Below, piece by piece: positions 26,014-39,329 of a stretch of DNA of 64,000 nucleotides (the stretch's first letter is position 1; each line of letters opens with the position of its first letter). The notes beneath the pieces were generated by a model. That model did no database searches. It was not told where the DNA came from and saw only the letters and a program-made list of their open reading frames with translations. The position numbers and the translations under genes are program-made. The stretch is from Rhina ancylostomus (Eukaryota), in the NCBI GenBank assembly GCA_030265395.1, contig JARFYF010000046.1, positions 10,628,797 through 10,692,796 on the forward strand. The letters run 5' to 3'.

Positions 26014-27497
26014 GGGCCCGCGCAGCCTGGCGGCCTTGGCCCCTGCCGCCTCCGCTGGCTCGCCATCTGTGTCCTCAGGGATGATAGCGACGCGCTGGGC
26101 CAGCTCACAGCTGCCGGGGGGCGAGGAGGAGGAGGAGGAGGAAGGGGCCGTGGCGGCTTGGGGTCTGCCAGGGGTCTCGTCGGCCTGGGCGTACCGCACA
26201 TTGACGGCGCAGTCCTCGGCCGGGCCGTGCACCTGCTTCTCCTCATAAAAGCAGCGGGCCGGGGCCCGGCGCTTGCCCGGATCTGTCCAGCACGGGCGGC
26301 CGGCGGTAACACCGTACAAAGCTGGCGAGGCAGTCCTGGGCTCGGAGGCCCTCCGGCATGGCCCATTGAGCAGCGAGAAGTGGCCGCTCTCTGCCCCCTT
26401 GCAGTCCGCCGCGTGGATTTCAAAGCAGCAGGCACAGGCCTGCCCGACTGGGCCGCTGCAGTCCTCGGGCCTGCCGTCCGAGGAGGCAGAGGCGGTGGCG
26501 CTTGGATCCCTGTCCTCCAGCGAGGAGCTGCTGCTGTAGTTCATGTCCATGCTACAGTTCGAGAGCTGGTCCCCAGGCGAGGCCGGGTGTCCCGCATCGG
26601 GAGAGGAGCAGCCATATTTCAGCAGGCCGCCGCCGCTCTCCTGAGGCCCTTCCATCAGCAGGACCTCGGTCCGGCCGGTCGCCAACTCGCCGCCGTGGCA
26701 CGGGCTTCGGCTCCGGTAGACGTAGGGGTCGTAGTCGCTGCTGAGGGAGCTGCGGAAGGTGGAGCAACTGCCGTACACTCCCTGGTTGCTGACCTCGGTG
26801 CAGTCCAGCATGGAGTCACTGGAGGAGCAGTGGCAAGGGCCCGAGCTGGAGCTGGAGCTGGAGCTGGAGCTGTCACTGCCGGGGCAGTCGGCCAGGTAAC
26901 CGCTGCACACCGACCGGTGGCCGTGGTAGCAGCTGAAGCTGGAGCCGCTGCCCCCATCCAGGTGGGACGACGGTGGAATGTGGACCACAGTGGGATACAA
27001 CATGCTTCCACCCGCCTGAAACCCGCGGGCCGGCCCCTTGTGACTGTTGAGCCCCGGCTGGGATTCTGCCTGCGGGTAGCTCAGCCCTTGGATGAAGTAA
27101 TGCTGATACATGGTCTCGTACTGGGAAAAGCAAGGGGCCCTCGAGTAGCTCCGCCCATTGAATTTGGGCCTCCGGAAGGTGTGGCTCTGAGGGTAGGCAC
27201 GGTGCTCCAGGTTGCAATGGTGGGCGCCCAAGCCGTGGTCCAAGTGGACGGGTGGGTAGCTCCGGACATAAGCGCCTGACTGCGCCGGGTACAGCCCCTG
27301 CTCGCTGTGCTGCTCCACCGTGAGCACCGTGACGGGATTCCCACGTGGATCCATGCTAGTCCTGGTGGGATAGGTGGTCAGTTGGCTCGTCCTGTGCACG
27401 CGTCCAGGGTAGTGGACAGGGAGCACCACCCGCTGCCGGCTACGCCCTTGGCCCTCGGCTTCGATGCACATGGGGCCACTGCTCTCTTTCTTCCTTT
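26014..27497 (-). CDS. ZNRF3: ZNRF3 large cytoplasmic-tail exon (exon 8 equivalent); 3' end lost in N gap 25750-26013
   Basis: Acceptor TTCACAG|AA continues phase 1 in frame (E-RKKESSGPMCIE...). Conserved motifs: LPVHYPGRVHRT, YETMYQHY, SCYHGHRSVCSGYLADCPGSDS, SNQGVYGSCSTFRSSLSSDYDP, QRVAIIPED. Confidence 0.96.
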
Positions 27498-30399
27498 CTG
27501 TGAAGAGAAAGAAACGTTAGGTGGGGTTTGAGAAGGCAGAACTCAGGCAGGGTGCAACCTGTGCTACCTGCACTCAGTAAAATCTTGAGCGAATTAACAA
27601 CGCTGTGTTTTTCGTTGCAGCTGCCATTTGTCCAAACTGCCACAGATGCCTTTGCCTCGTGCTGCACAGGAGCTCATTTGTGTCTATTCACTTCTTGGAA
27701 TCTCAGTGCTGCAGGCAAGGCCAGCATTTATTACCCATCCTTAATTGCCCTTGAGAAGGCGGTGGTGAGGCGCTGTAGTCATTTTGGTGAAGTACTGTTG
27801 GGGAGAGAGTTCCAGGATTTCTACCCAGCAATGATAAAGGAACAGCCATGTTGGGATGGTGAGAGACTTTAAGAGGAACATGAAGAATTCTGTTTTTTAT
27901 TTTCAAGATTATTGATGAGGGAGAATGGTCTTTTAGNNNNNNNNNNNNNNNNNNNNNNNNNNNNNNNNNNNNNNNNNNNNNNNNNNNNNNNNNNNNNNNN
28001 NNNNNNNNNNNNNNNNNNNNNNNNNNNNNNNNNNNNNNNNNNNNNNNNNATGAGATCATCACCACCACCCCCCCCCCCCTCCCCAACCACATTCGCAGTG
28101 GTCTGTAAAACAATCCTCTTTGTTGAACAATGGCATTATCCAAAGAGGAATTCTCCCTTGTGTCCCAAAACACCAAAGTCACCAAAACAAATTTCCTGCC
28201 TCATTTTATCCTATTGATGTCTTGCAGGAACCTGCAGTGTGAGGATTAACTCTCCCAATCCCTGTGTCACATCAATGGAAAAGAAAACTAAACAAGATGT
28301 AAAATGTGTTGGCAGCTTGTTATCAATGTGCAACGTTAAGGCAGATATATTGTAAACTATTTGATTTATAAGGCATTGAAACCCAGGGTCAAAGAACAGC
28401 AAGCCTTTGTCCTCTGAATATGATAACTGTAACTTCCTCAAAAGTGGATGTTCAGCCTCTTCAAAACGAGGGAGCACTTGGTGAGGAGTAAAGTTTTGAC
28501 CTGCTTCATGTCACATCAAGTGAATGCACAAAGCAACTGTCACAATCACAAACAGTTAAACAGCACAACTTGTCTTTGGTGTTATAATAATAAATAATAA
28601 ACATGTACCATCCTGGATCAGTGGTTCAATCTACACATCAAGGTAACTTGCAGCTTCCCTCCTCTGTGTCTGGCCAAGCTTGCCTGGGTAACTTGCTGCT
28701 CTAAAACCTGGCATTATGCTTTTCTGGACCTGGCTTTGGGTCACGTGTCTTTTATTAATCCCCTTTAATTAAGAATGTTAAATAACCAGAAACCTTTCAA
28801 TGCCGTAACCATGACGCATTTGTGGATTACTGAGGAAGAGTGATGAATTGGTTGTTGAGTTGTGATTCGGGTTTTCCCTGTGTGCATTTGTTAGCATTCT
28901 GGATTTCAGTCCATTACTTCTGTACCACCTTCCTCACCCCAGTTTAACACATTTCCTTCCCCATGAAGCCCATTGGCTTTGCCCCACTTCTCAGTTCTCT
29001 CCTCTGCTGTCCTCCCAAGCCCCATCCTAACCCTCTGGTATGCCTTACCTTCCTCCTTAGTTGCCATCAGTCTAAGCTTGTCAATTTCTGGGCATTTCTC
29101 CAGAGGGACTTTGAGGCACCCACTGCAACCTCCTTACAGGAAACAACCCATTCTATCTCCCTGACATTCCCTTCCAGTCCCATCCAATACCCACAGTTGG
29201 CTCTGCCACTGGATCAGCTGCCACTACCTCTGTGTACATTGCTGCAAAGTTTTGATGAGACACTCAGGAATACACAAGCAGGCCNNNNNNATAGGCACAC
29301 ACTTCTCTTCTGTCATTTGGGTCCAATCATACACATTAGATGCCTTTGACCATTGCATTGAATCCAGAAAATGGAATATTTTGCACGGAGTGACAGCAAA
29401 CATTGGGAGCAACATACAGAATACCTGCTCTGCACAGCAGTGTGGTTTAACCACCAATCTTTGAGATATAGCTGAATTAATAAGAAATCCCAATGGATTA
29501 GATCTGCCAGGGATCTTTGAAGGTTTTTCTTCATGAAGATCCAACTGAAGAGTCACAAATTAGGCTGACCCTTGGGACCCAATCTTTGACTGGGAGTTAC
29601 TGAAAGAAGTCGAGTACGCTCTCCTTCAACCAAGACCATGGATGCAGCACTGGTCAAAGCCTGAGGGCCCAACACCTTGTCTGGGACTGCCATTGCTCTA
29701 GCAAACTCCTGCCAAGTACTTTGAAGCAGATGAGTTTTGTCGGACTGGGCATAGTCAGCCAAATGGCAGTGTGGGGTCCCTCTAAGTGAATCTCTGTAAA
29801 TGGGTGGGGAAGATGTAACATCACACCCACTCCCTCCAAACACACCCCCCAACACACAAAGCCTCATTTTACAGTCAAGACCTTGGTAAGCACTCAAAAT
29901 ATACCCATAATGGCATTGATACAAATCTCCCAAAGGCCCCAGAATGATGGAACCAGATTATATGTGTCGGGCTCACGTTGGGTATCGAATATATTTTGTC
30001 CTTGGGTTCAGGATGAACGTGACCAGGCCAGGCTGGCTCTTTTCAGACAAAATAAGTGCACTAAGATTCAGTAATGTGGGACATTACGTGGCAAACTGCC
30101 TGCCTTCAGCAGGAAGAGTGTAAGAGGTACAGGACTGCTTCCTATAGGGCTTTGCTGTGGAATCCAACCACTGACACAAGCCCGACAGGATTCAACTAAA
30201 CTTTTCAGGTTCTAGTCAGGTCCAGCATCAGAGATGTTTCCAGCCCATGGGTTTGGATTATGTGGTCAACTTGTTTAGTTTTATACCCAAACAGACCTCT
30301 AATTTTCCCACTTGACCCTACAATGAGTCACAGTCATACAATATGGAAACCCACCTTACAAACCCCCACCCCCCATCCAGTGTGTGCTGACCTTCAAAT

Positions 30400-30660
30400 A
30401 TCCCTTTACACTAATCCCATTTTACTCTCCCCACATTCCCATCGATTCCCCCCAGATTCTACCACTAGGGGGAGTTTCCAATGGCCAATTAACCTACCAA
30501 CCCACACGTCTTTGGGATGTGGGAGGAGGAAAGCGGAGCACCTGGAAGAAACCAACATGGTCACAGGGAGAACATGAAAGCTCTGCCCGGACAACAGCCG
30601 TGGATAGAATCCAGGTCACTGGAGCTGCGAGGCAGTGGCTCTACTGGTTGAGCCTCCGCT
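30400..30660 (-). mobile_element. HE1-like SINE
   Basis: Reverse-complement V-domain tttgggatgtgggagg...gagaacatg. Confidence 0.75.
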
Positions 30661-30731
30661 TCCAATGCTTGCCAGGGTCAATGCAAAAGGTTCCTGGCGC
30701 ACATATCCTGGCATTGATGCCAGATTGCTCA

Positions 30732-31007
<276 letters not shown>

Positions 31008-31919
31008 CTAGACGTGCTGAGAAGTACCGGCAATGAATGACATCGACCTGACTTGTAGATTGAGCCCCAGCCCTGTCCTGACACAAATGATGAAATCAAA
31101 AGAAAATATAAACAGATAAAGAGAAGTTTTGATGCTATTTGTGGTAAAGTATTAATGAAGTAAGATTTGGGCACTCTGCAGATCTTGAGTAGAAGGTAGA
31201 GAGAGATAATGGAGGCCAATAAATAACATTTATAGAAATAATCTGTAAGATCACGTACAAGCAGGTTCTGAGGCAAGGAAATGGAACTGACAGGTTTGAG
31301 TGGCTATTTAAGAAGAAAGGATGTTTGTTGGGAAGACTGATCCAGGAAAATGAAACACAGAAGGTAACACCATCTCTTTGGATAAGTGTCTCAATAACTG
31401 ACCAAACTCCCATGTGGTTGACTTCCCAACTTACTGTTTACAGCCACCGTTTAACCATTCCAAGTTGCACACACACACTTAATCAAGTTTCCTCCATGTT
31501 TTCTCATCAATATTTGTTACTTGTATAAAAGCAGATACTTCAACAAGCAGACAATCAAAACCCAGACATAAGGTTCTGTTTGCTTCTGTAGGTTTTGTGA
31601 AAGTAGCTTTATATCTTAAGAGAAAAATGGTCTTTGTGTCACAGCTCACCTGTTACTTTTTTGTTATTTCTCCAATTCTGCCATTCACCTTTCTCTGCGC
31701 ACTGCCCCCTCCCCTCCCACCCTCTGCTCCCCATTCTCCATGTGATAGATCAGCAGCAGAGCTGTGAAGCTCCCTGATGAAAGGGCTAGTTCCAGCTGAC
31801 CGTTCACCCAGGGTGCAATATCTTTCCTACAGGCCACAACTTCTCATTTGCAAGGTTGCTACTGGAGATAAAATTGTCCTTCTTAAAATCATTGCATTGT
31901 TCCTCAGGTAAATCAGGAA

Positions 31920-32265
31920 GTGTGGTGGCATTGCAGGTAGAGCTGCTACCTCACAGCTCCAGCGGGTTCCATCCTGACCTCTGGAACTGTCTGTGTGGAG
32001 TTTGCACATTCTGCTGGTGACAAATGGGTTTCCCCTGGGTGCTCTGGTATCCATCCAGGTCCATAGATGTGCCAGTTGGCAGGTTATTTGGTTACTGTAA
32101 ATCATCCTGTGTATGTAAGTGGGTGAAAGAAGCATAAGAGTGAACTTGATGGGCAGGTGAGGGAAAATAGTTAGAGGGAAATAAGTGGGGGAATGGGATT
32201 GATGAGGTTGCTCTGAAAGCTGACATAGACTCGATGGGCTGAATGGCCTCCTATGCCATAGGAAA
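31920..32265 (+). mobile_element. Older HE1-like SINE with CR1-type tail
   Basis: Head and V-domain plus gatgggctgaatggcctc tail. Confidence 0.75.
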
Positions 32266-32538
32266 ATATGAAACATTAACACAATTAAAACTGGAGCCAA
32301 CTCTACATGAACACTTCCTTTTAAAGACCTGGATCCTTCTCGTTTTCTGGAATTTCCTATCAACTAAGCAGAAAATGAAGAACATTTATTTTACTATTTG
32401 ACTGAAAAAGAACGTCTACACAGTTTGATCTTTGTAAGATTCTGATGCTAATCAGACTGACCATCCCATGGCACATATCTTGCCAACCGTTCGAATCAAT
32501 CATGGACAATCTTTAGATTTTAAAAATGCTTCCCCCAC

Positions 32539-32706
32539 CTCTCCGTCGATATATTTTTCCAAGCAGATGGCACAATCCGAGGTGGAGCTGCTACTCAGTG
32601 TATCTGAGGTGCTGCAGTTGCCTTCTCGAGAAACTTTGCCCTTTGATTTGAATTTTCTCGTTTCCATCTTCTCGAGGGCTTGGAGAGCCATCCTGTTCAT
32701 CGAACT
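32539..32706 (-). CDS. ZNRF3: ZNRF3 coding exon (exon 6 equivalent): [19 protein letters not shown]...[14 protein letters not shown], start of RING-H2
   Basis: 168 bp. CCCTCAG|AGT ... GAG|GTGGGG. CAICLE RING start; matches ORF 32500..32700. Confidence 0.96.
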
Positions 32707-33059
32707 CTGAGGGAGGATAGAAAGATTCAGATGACATGGTCAGAGCTAGAACATAAATCTAGCTGCTCTTGGAGGAGTGTGTGGCACCGTGCATACCAAT
32801 TTCACAATTGGCACAGTTTTACTCAAAACTGATCACTGATCAATTAATTCTGGACTATGTTGATTTTAGTTCCTGATTTTAATCACTCAATGATTTTAGT
32901 TCACTGTTATATGATCTAATTTCTATCCACGTGTGCATAAAGCTATCCCTTTATGAATCAGGTATTGGATCTTCTGTGTTGTTGGTCTAATTGGCACTAG
33001 ATGCATAACAAACTTCCAAGCAAGCCTCATTTCCCCGGTGACCAAGGTGCTTATAAGAG

Positions 33060-33173
33060 TCTCTCTCTCTCTCNNNNNNNNNNNNNNNNNNNNNNNNNNN
33101 NNNNNNNNNNNNNNNNNNNNNNNNNNNNNNNNNNNNNNNNNNNNNNNNNNNNNNNNNNNNNNNNNNNNNNNNN

Positions 33174-33245
<72 letters not shown>
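33060..33245. repeat. (CT)n / (CA)n microsatellite spanning a gap
   Basis: Direct reading. Confidence 0.95.
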
Positions 33246-33248
<3 letters not shown>

Positions 33249-34330
33249 CAGGATCAAGTTTTTGGAAGTGCAGTAGTACAGTAGATGTTTACATCATGAA
33301 TCAAAACTGGGCTTTAGAATACAATACAATCACATTGTGCATAAAATTACTATGCGAAAGAATGTCTAGCCCATAAAATATTTTGCCAGTACATTCCAAG
33401 TTGTTAAGTAAGAGCAGTCTCAACAAGCTTCAGAAAATAAATATAAAACCTAGTCAATGTATTCATGCATCTGAATACAAATCTTTGCAATCCCATGCAT
33501 GTCAAATAAATGGGTATGGCCTCTATTGTTAACTTGACAATAGGACCTGGCATTTGTATAGACTCAGATTGCAGTTGGTTGCATTCTTAAGAGATCGTAG
33601 CTGCCATATTGGAAGTGTTATGAACAGCATATAGAAAATAACATGGAAACTTGCAATGCAACAGTCAGTGTGAAGTTTCTCGTATGCCACAGCATTACAA
33701 GGTCCCTGATGGACCTGGTCCATCATTCTCATTGAAATCACAGCACTTTTACACCAACTACTTCAACTTCACATCAACAAATTTCAATTTCAGTCACTTA
33801 AAGCACATATGCAGATGTGAAGAGAAGGATTTTACCTATGATTATAATCCGGAACAGTAATAGCATGTGTTTGTATTACAATAATTTTAGGTTTTTTATG
33901 GTTTCTGCCTCTCAGACCAGAACACAATTACACTGAATAGGGATCTCAGCAATGATAACAGATTGCTAACAGCACTGACAAAGTTCAACAAAGCACCACA
34001 CAGGTAATTTTGTATTGTGTGGATGGTGCAAGGCAGGCGATACCGAATCAGACACGTTAATCATCTCTTCAGGTTTACATGTTTAATTTTCTTCGAGTTC
34101 AGCTTCTTCAAGTATCTGCCATGTTCCATTCATGCTCAAATTTCAAAGTAAACTTCTTCACATTTTCTCCTTTAGCTCATATTTCCCACAACCCATTAAG
34201 TATCTGTCTGGTTCTGTTGAAGTTGTTGAAGCTCAGGAATTGTGTTGCCTTTAGGAGGACATTTAACTTCTTGATAAAGGAGCTCAATCTAAATTTATGG
34301 CTGCAAGTTATCAATATACAAAAGGTACAA

Positions 34331-34569
34331 CAATAAAACTCTGATAATCCGAGTTCAAGTATTTGGAAATCCCAATGGTTTGGCATCTGGCTGACCAAGC
34401 CCCAGATTTCATGCTCCCTTTAAACTCATCAGGGTCCCATTTATTGTGCTCTGTTTAAACTTACCAGGTTCACATAAAAAAAATGACCTATAAGTGTTAA
34501 TAGTCCAGAAAATCTGTCAGTCTGGCACTGCAAATGTCCTGAGTATGCTGGATTATCAAAGTTTTACTG
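34331..34569. mobile_element. Tc1/mariner (pogo/Tigger-type) MITE
   Basis: 20-bp TIRs CAATAAAACTCTGATAATCC and GGATTATCAAAGTTTTACTG (2 mismatches); TA at the right flank. Confidence 0.75.
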
Positions 34570-34657
34570 TACCCAGTGTTTGGGATTTTCCAACTCCTTC
34601 GGAATCTGCACTAATTTTTTCAGATCAGTTCTAAAAAACTTCTGTTCAGTCTCTTAC

Positions 34658-34768
34658 CTGACTCCTGCGTTGTTTAAGCTTGATTTTAATGAGTAAAACC
34701 AGACAGACAAGGGAAACCACCACAAAAAAAGCCAGGAAGATTCCCATATCAAAGTATTCCGTGGGCTG
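34658..34768 (-). CDS. ZNRF3: ZNRF3 coding exon (exon 5 equivalent), transmembrane helix: [37 protein letters not shown]
   Basis: Translated by hand (absent from the ORF track). 111 bp, TTACCAG|CAG ... CAG|GTAAGA. Hydrophobic TM segment followed by a basic stop-transfer patch. Confidence 0.96.
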
Positions 34769-36529
34769 CTGGTAAGACAGAAGGAAGGAAATATGTTAAG
34801 AGATGCCATTAATTAAATGAATTGTTGACAGAAATATAATCTTGTTAAAGTAAGCAGATCCAGCCACAAACATTGTCATAATTAGTGACAAGAAACTATA
34901 CTAAGAATGTGTTCACTCCTGTCATCAAATAAACCTTTAATGCTATGCTAATATAGTCTGGCTGTGATCTTTTTAATTCTCTCTATCAGAACTAGTGACA
35001 GACCAGAAACCATTAGCATTATAGAAAGAGGACTCCCTGCTGTTATACTTTATTTAAATCTCAGTCACATCAAAAGTGCAGAAAAAAATTACTTTTGGAA
35101 TTGAGAGCTTGGAATATAGAAAATAGCACACTGAAAAAAATATGCATCACTGGCCAATATTTAACTAGAGGAGACATTTTCAAATTCATAAGTACTGTAT
35201 TAGTCATCTTTAGTGTTGTTCCTAACATACATACCTCTTGTATAAAAATTACCTGCTGCCCAATCAGGGTCCTCATACATTTGGAGTAAGCCTTCAAAAG
35301 CTAGTTGCTTGAAAGACTATGGCTCTCCTTCTAACTATCCCCGTGGCCCACTTCTCATTTGCTCTGAGAAGTATATCACTTCCTTTCTAACAGTGGTGCA
35401 ACCCTACTCCCATGTCTCTATTCATTGAAGGGAAGACCTGAGTGATGAGTTACATCTGTGAGCTTCAAGTAGCATGGATGGCAACTGCAGAAAGTGATCC
35501 CAAAACACCGGTAAAAGTCAAAGGAATCCCTAAATACTTGGAATAAAGAATGTGGCCCTGATGAGTTTTGCTAATGATTTTGCTGGCTGATTTTATTCAG
35601 ATGGTGAGCTCATGAACCAGACACATTCAACTATGTTCTGAATGCAGACACACCAGAATTATCTTTTATTTTTAAATGGTGTATCATTCACTGGGATATG
35701 CAGGATATGATTCCCAAAGCACATTCATGAATGTATCTGCGATAATGATTAGCTGGCCTTTACCATCTTGCATGACTGCCTCTGTGGCTCGGTTACTCAG
35801 CCTCGAGGAAGGTTACCTGTTTGATTGTTGCTCTATGCTATTAAGGTAGCTGGAGCAGTGATCAGCATTAAGATCAGCCAGAACTCTTGATCTTAACCCC
35901 TAGCTATGTACTGATGCCGGTTCAGAACAGGATCAGCCTCAGTTGTAATGTTCTCCACACCTTTTTCTACTGAGTTCTAAAAATTCTGTGGCCAGCTTGG
36001 TGACCCCCATGGCCAAGGAAGTGCTTGATTAATGGACAGTGTACCAGTAACCTGTGGAACCAGACCCTGCCTGAGTTACAATATATCACTGTCAGCCATT
36101 AACTTTTGCTATGCAACCTGGCCCTGTCCCTTATGTTCACACTTTTCAAATCAACCAAAAGACTTCATCATTGAATTATAAACATACACATTTTTAAGTA
36201 AAGTAAATTCCATGCACCTTGAGTTGTAGAGACCACAAATATTGAATCAAACAACCCAAATGCTTGGAAGTACCACACAGTTTAGCATGGAGAACTGGAA
36301 AGTTACTTGAAAAAAAATTAAACTGGTTGTGGAGTGACAGCAAGCCTGGATCTAATTTGCAGGCCAAATGGTCCACTTCTGTTGCATGTCATGATTCACA
36401 GATAATATCCAATTAGCCTACTTATTGGGGTGAAGGAAAAGCCATTTTTTCCATGATGAATCACTCAATGGAACAAATGCTCTGCTACAAAAAAATGCTC
36501 GTGAAAGACTCAGTCTATGTCACTCATTG

Positions 36530-36915
36530 GACATCACTCTGTTGGATGGATTGCTGGGATGAAGGTGCTGCCTTGCGGGGAAAGGTTGAGAAGGTTTTGC
36601 CCATACCCATTAGAGTTTAGAAAATGGGAGGGTTTTATCATGAAACTTAAGATTCTGAGGGGGTTTAACAGGTTTGTTGCTGAGAGAGAGGATGTTTCTC
36701 CACTGAAACAAGGGGGTACGGTTCAAAAATAAGAAGTTGCTCATTTAGGACAGAGGAGAGGATAAATTTCTTCTCCCAGAGGGTCATAAATCGGGGACTC
36801 TCCATTCTAGAGAGAGCTGTAGATTCTGAACCATTGGCAGGACAGTGAAAATCAAGATCAGATCAATCAAGATGTTACTCAATGGCAGAGCAAACTCAAG
36901 AGAACAAATGACCCT
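36530..36915 (+). mobile_element. CR1 3' fragment
   Basis: Degenerate ERLRR...PLEFR...; aatttcttctcccagagggt. Confidence 0.6.
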
Positions 36916-39329
36916 TATGTTCACACTTTTCAAATCAACCCAAAAACTCCATCATTGAATCATAAATATATATTGTTTGGAATAAAGTAAATCCCATGCA
37001 CCTTGAGTTGTAGATACCACAAACATTAAATCAGATGGCTCAAATGCTTGGAAATACCACTCAGTTTAGCATGGAGCAGAATGCTGAGCTTGGAATAAGA
37101 CTGGCCAGCAGGTGGAGACCTAGCTGTACAGTAGAAGCCTCAGCCAGAGTTATTCATTATACTGAGAAGTACATTTCAAAGGCATTCTCCTGTCGTGAAC
37201 TCATCTTTCATGTCGGCCCCCGTGGATTTTAATTTAGCAGGAAGGCTTGGCCGGGAAAGTGTCAAATTAATTTTTCAGTTACACTTCTGTGTGGTTGGTT
37301 GCTGAACGACTGGAGAGGTCGTTGAGGGTTTTTTTGTTGCTTCTGAGTGAAAGCAGCAAAAATTTAGGTCAAAGGCACGGGATACTCCAGTGATACCAGG
37401 ACAGCATTCATCTACTTCATCCTCTCTGGAATTCCTCACCACCCTGCCGTGTCTCACAGCTGTGGGTGGCTGACGTGGGTGACAGATGTCGCTGGAATTA
37501 ATAGCAATGTACATGCAACATATTTTGTCTCATTTATCATACTGACCGCATCCAATTAAAGGGCGCTTCCTTCGAGAATAAGAACTGTAACTACTTTCTT
37601 GTTTGAAGAAACTAAAAAAAATAGATGGAGCTACAATTTGTTTATTACTGGGCTTAATTATACACACCCATATAATCAACACTTTGGATTTTAAATGAAT
37701 AGAAAAATAATTGCATTTCATTAAGTAGGTAACCCGATAGAGGGATGCAAATCTTCTCTGAGTATCTAAACTAATCCCACTAAACTCCAGGATATCAATC
37801 TGACGCCACAACCTGCATTATTCAACCATAACAATTTGCATTCCACAAATACCATTCCCATGGTGACAGCAGCATGGGTCCATCAATTGTGTATTTGATC
37901 ATCTGTGTATGTACTTACTATTATAAGCCACAGGACCATTGTTAACTAGTTGCTTATCCAACTCCCTATGAAGGAATTTAATCAACACAGCCTTGCTGGA
38001 AGTCTGTTCTGTGTCCCTTCCAAGGCCAATGGCCAACAGGAATAAATTTCACTGGGAGCTTCTTAATTATGTACTGGGGAGATGGTGGGGGAGCTGGTGT
38101 GGGGAGGTTGTGATGTTGGTGACAGTGGTCTGCCAAAATTTTTTGCAGAAATTTGTTTTGAAGTGTGGTGAAACAGTTATGTCAACTGTGGGCCAAACAT
38201 GGCATGATGGGAAGCCCCTGTGTACATGTGCATTGCCAACATCTGTACAACTGATTGCCCAAGGGACTACTGATGGTAACCAGCATTTGTCCTTCTTGAC
38301 GCCTGACATTTTATGGCGGTAAGGTGTTGTAGCAATCCAGGTCATTNNNNNNNNNNNNNNNNNNNNNNNNNNNNNNNNNNNNNNNNNNNNNNNNNNNNNN
38401 CAAACAACATGTCAAGGATTGCATTCAATTTCCTGAATGTTTTGCAACTGCACCCATCACCTGGAGCATCTTCCATCACACAACTTGCTTCAGCCTTTGT
38501 AAATGTGATGGTAAATCCTTCTGCTTCTGTTGATGCCTTATGGCGTTGTTAGTGCCCAGCTTAGAGCTGCTTGATCGGTTTGCTCTACCTCATAGGGTGG
38601 TGGCATCACACCAAACAATGGAGGATGTATTCACAGCGGAGACATAAACTTGTGCTCCCTAAGCAGTGCACCATGGTCAGGTGTGCCAAAGTTATCACTG
38701 ACATAACTGACAGCTCGCTAAGTGAAGACAAGATTTCCTTTGCAGGTTTTCTTGTCAGTCAGTCAGACTGCCTTAGTTTATCCTGATGGCTTGCTTGGTC
38801 ACTTTCCCTCTTATTGAATTTTGTAACATTCGTTTAAAACTAGATGTTTCAAGGAACATACAGTGTAAGACTAGAGGTCTGTGAAGTAATATGAAGGAAG
38901 GGTGGCAAATTTCCTTCTTCCTAAAGAACATTAACAAATCTTTTAGGATTTTCCATATCCAGATATCCGGTGTTGGCCCAAATATTAATACCATTATTGA
39001 ATTCAAACTGTTGTAAGTCATGGCCTCTGAAGTGTGATATCAGTATCATCCTGAGGACAAAATCCTGTCTTAAAACAACTATCTGAATGATCTTGAACCC
39101 ATGGCCACATAAGTAAGTGATCAAGAGATTTGAAGTGTACACTACTTGGACAGATTCTCTACTGACCATATTAGTTTTGCTTCATCATCTCTGAAGAAGA
39201 AGGGTGTTTCTTTACCAAATGGTAGCTAAGGCATGAAATCCTAATGTTGACAGCTATATTCCCAGATCTCAGTCAAAAAGGACATCCTGTTGGTCTAATG
39301 ATCTTTCTCTATCTCCCATTCATAAGTGG

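Noticed and set aside
25618-27279. 553-aa plus-strand ORF
   Set aside because: Antisense shadow of the GC-rich ZNRF3 exon. It crosses an N gap, starts in a repeat and has no recognisable domain.
32923-33376. CV/HT-repeat ORFs
   Set aside because: Translations of a (CA)n microsatellite and gap.
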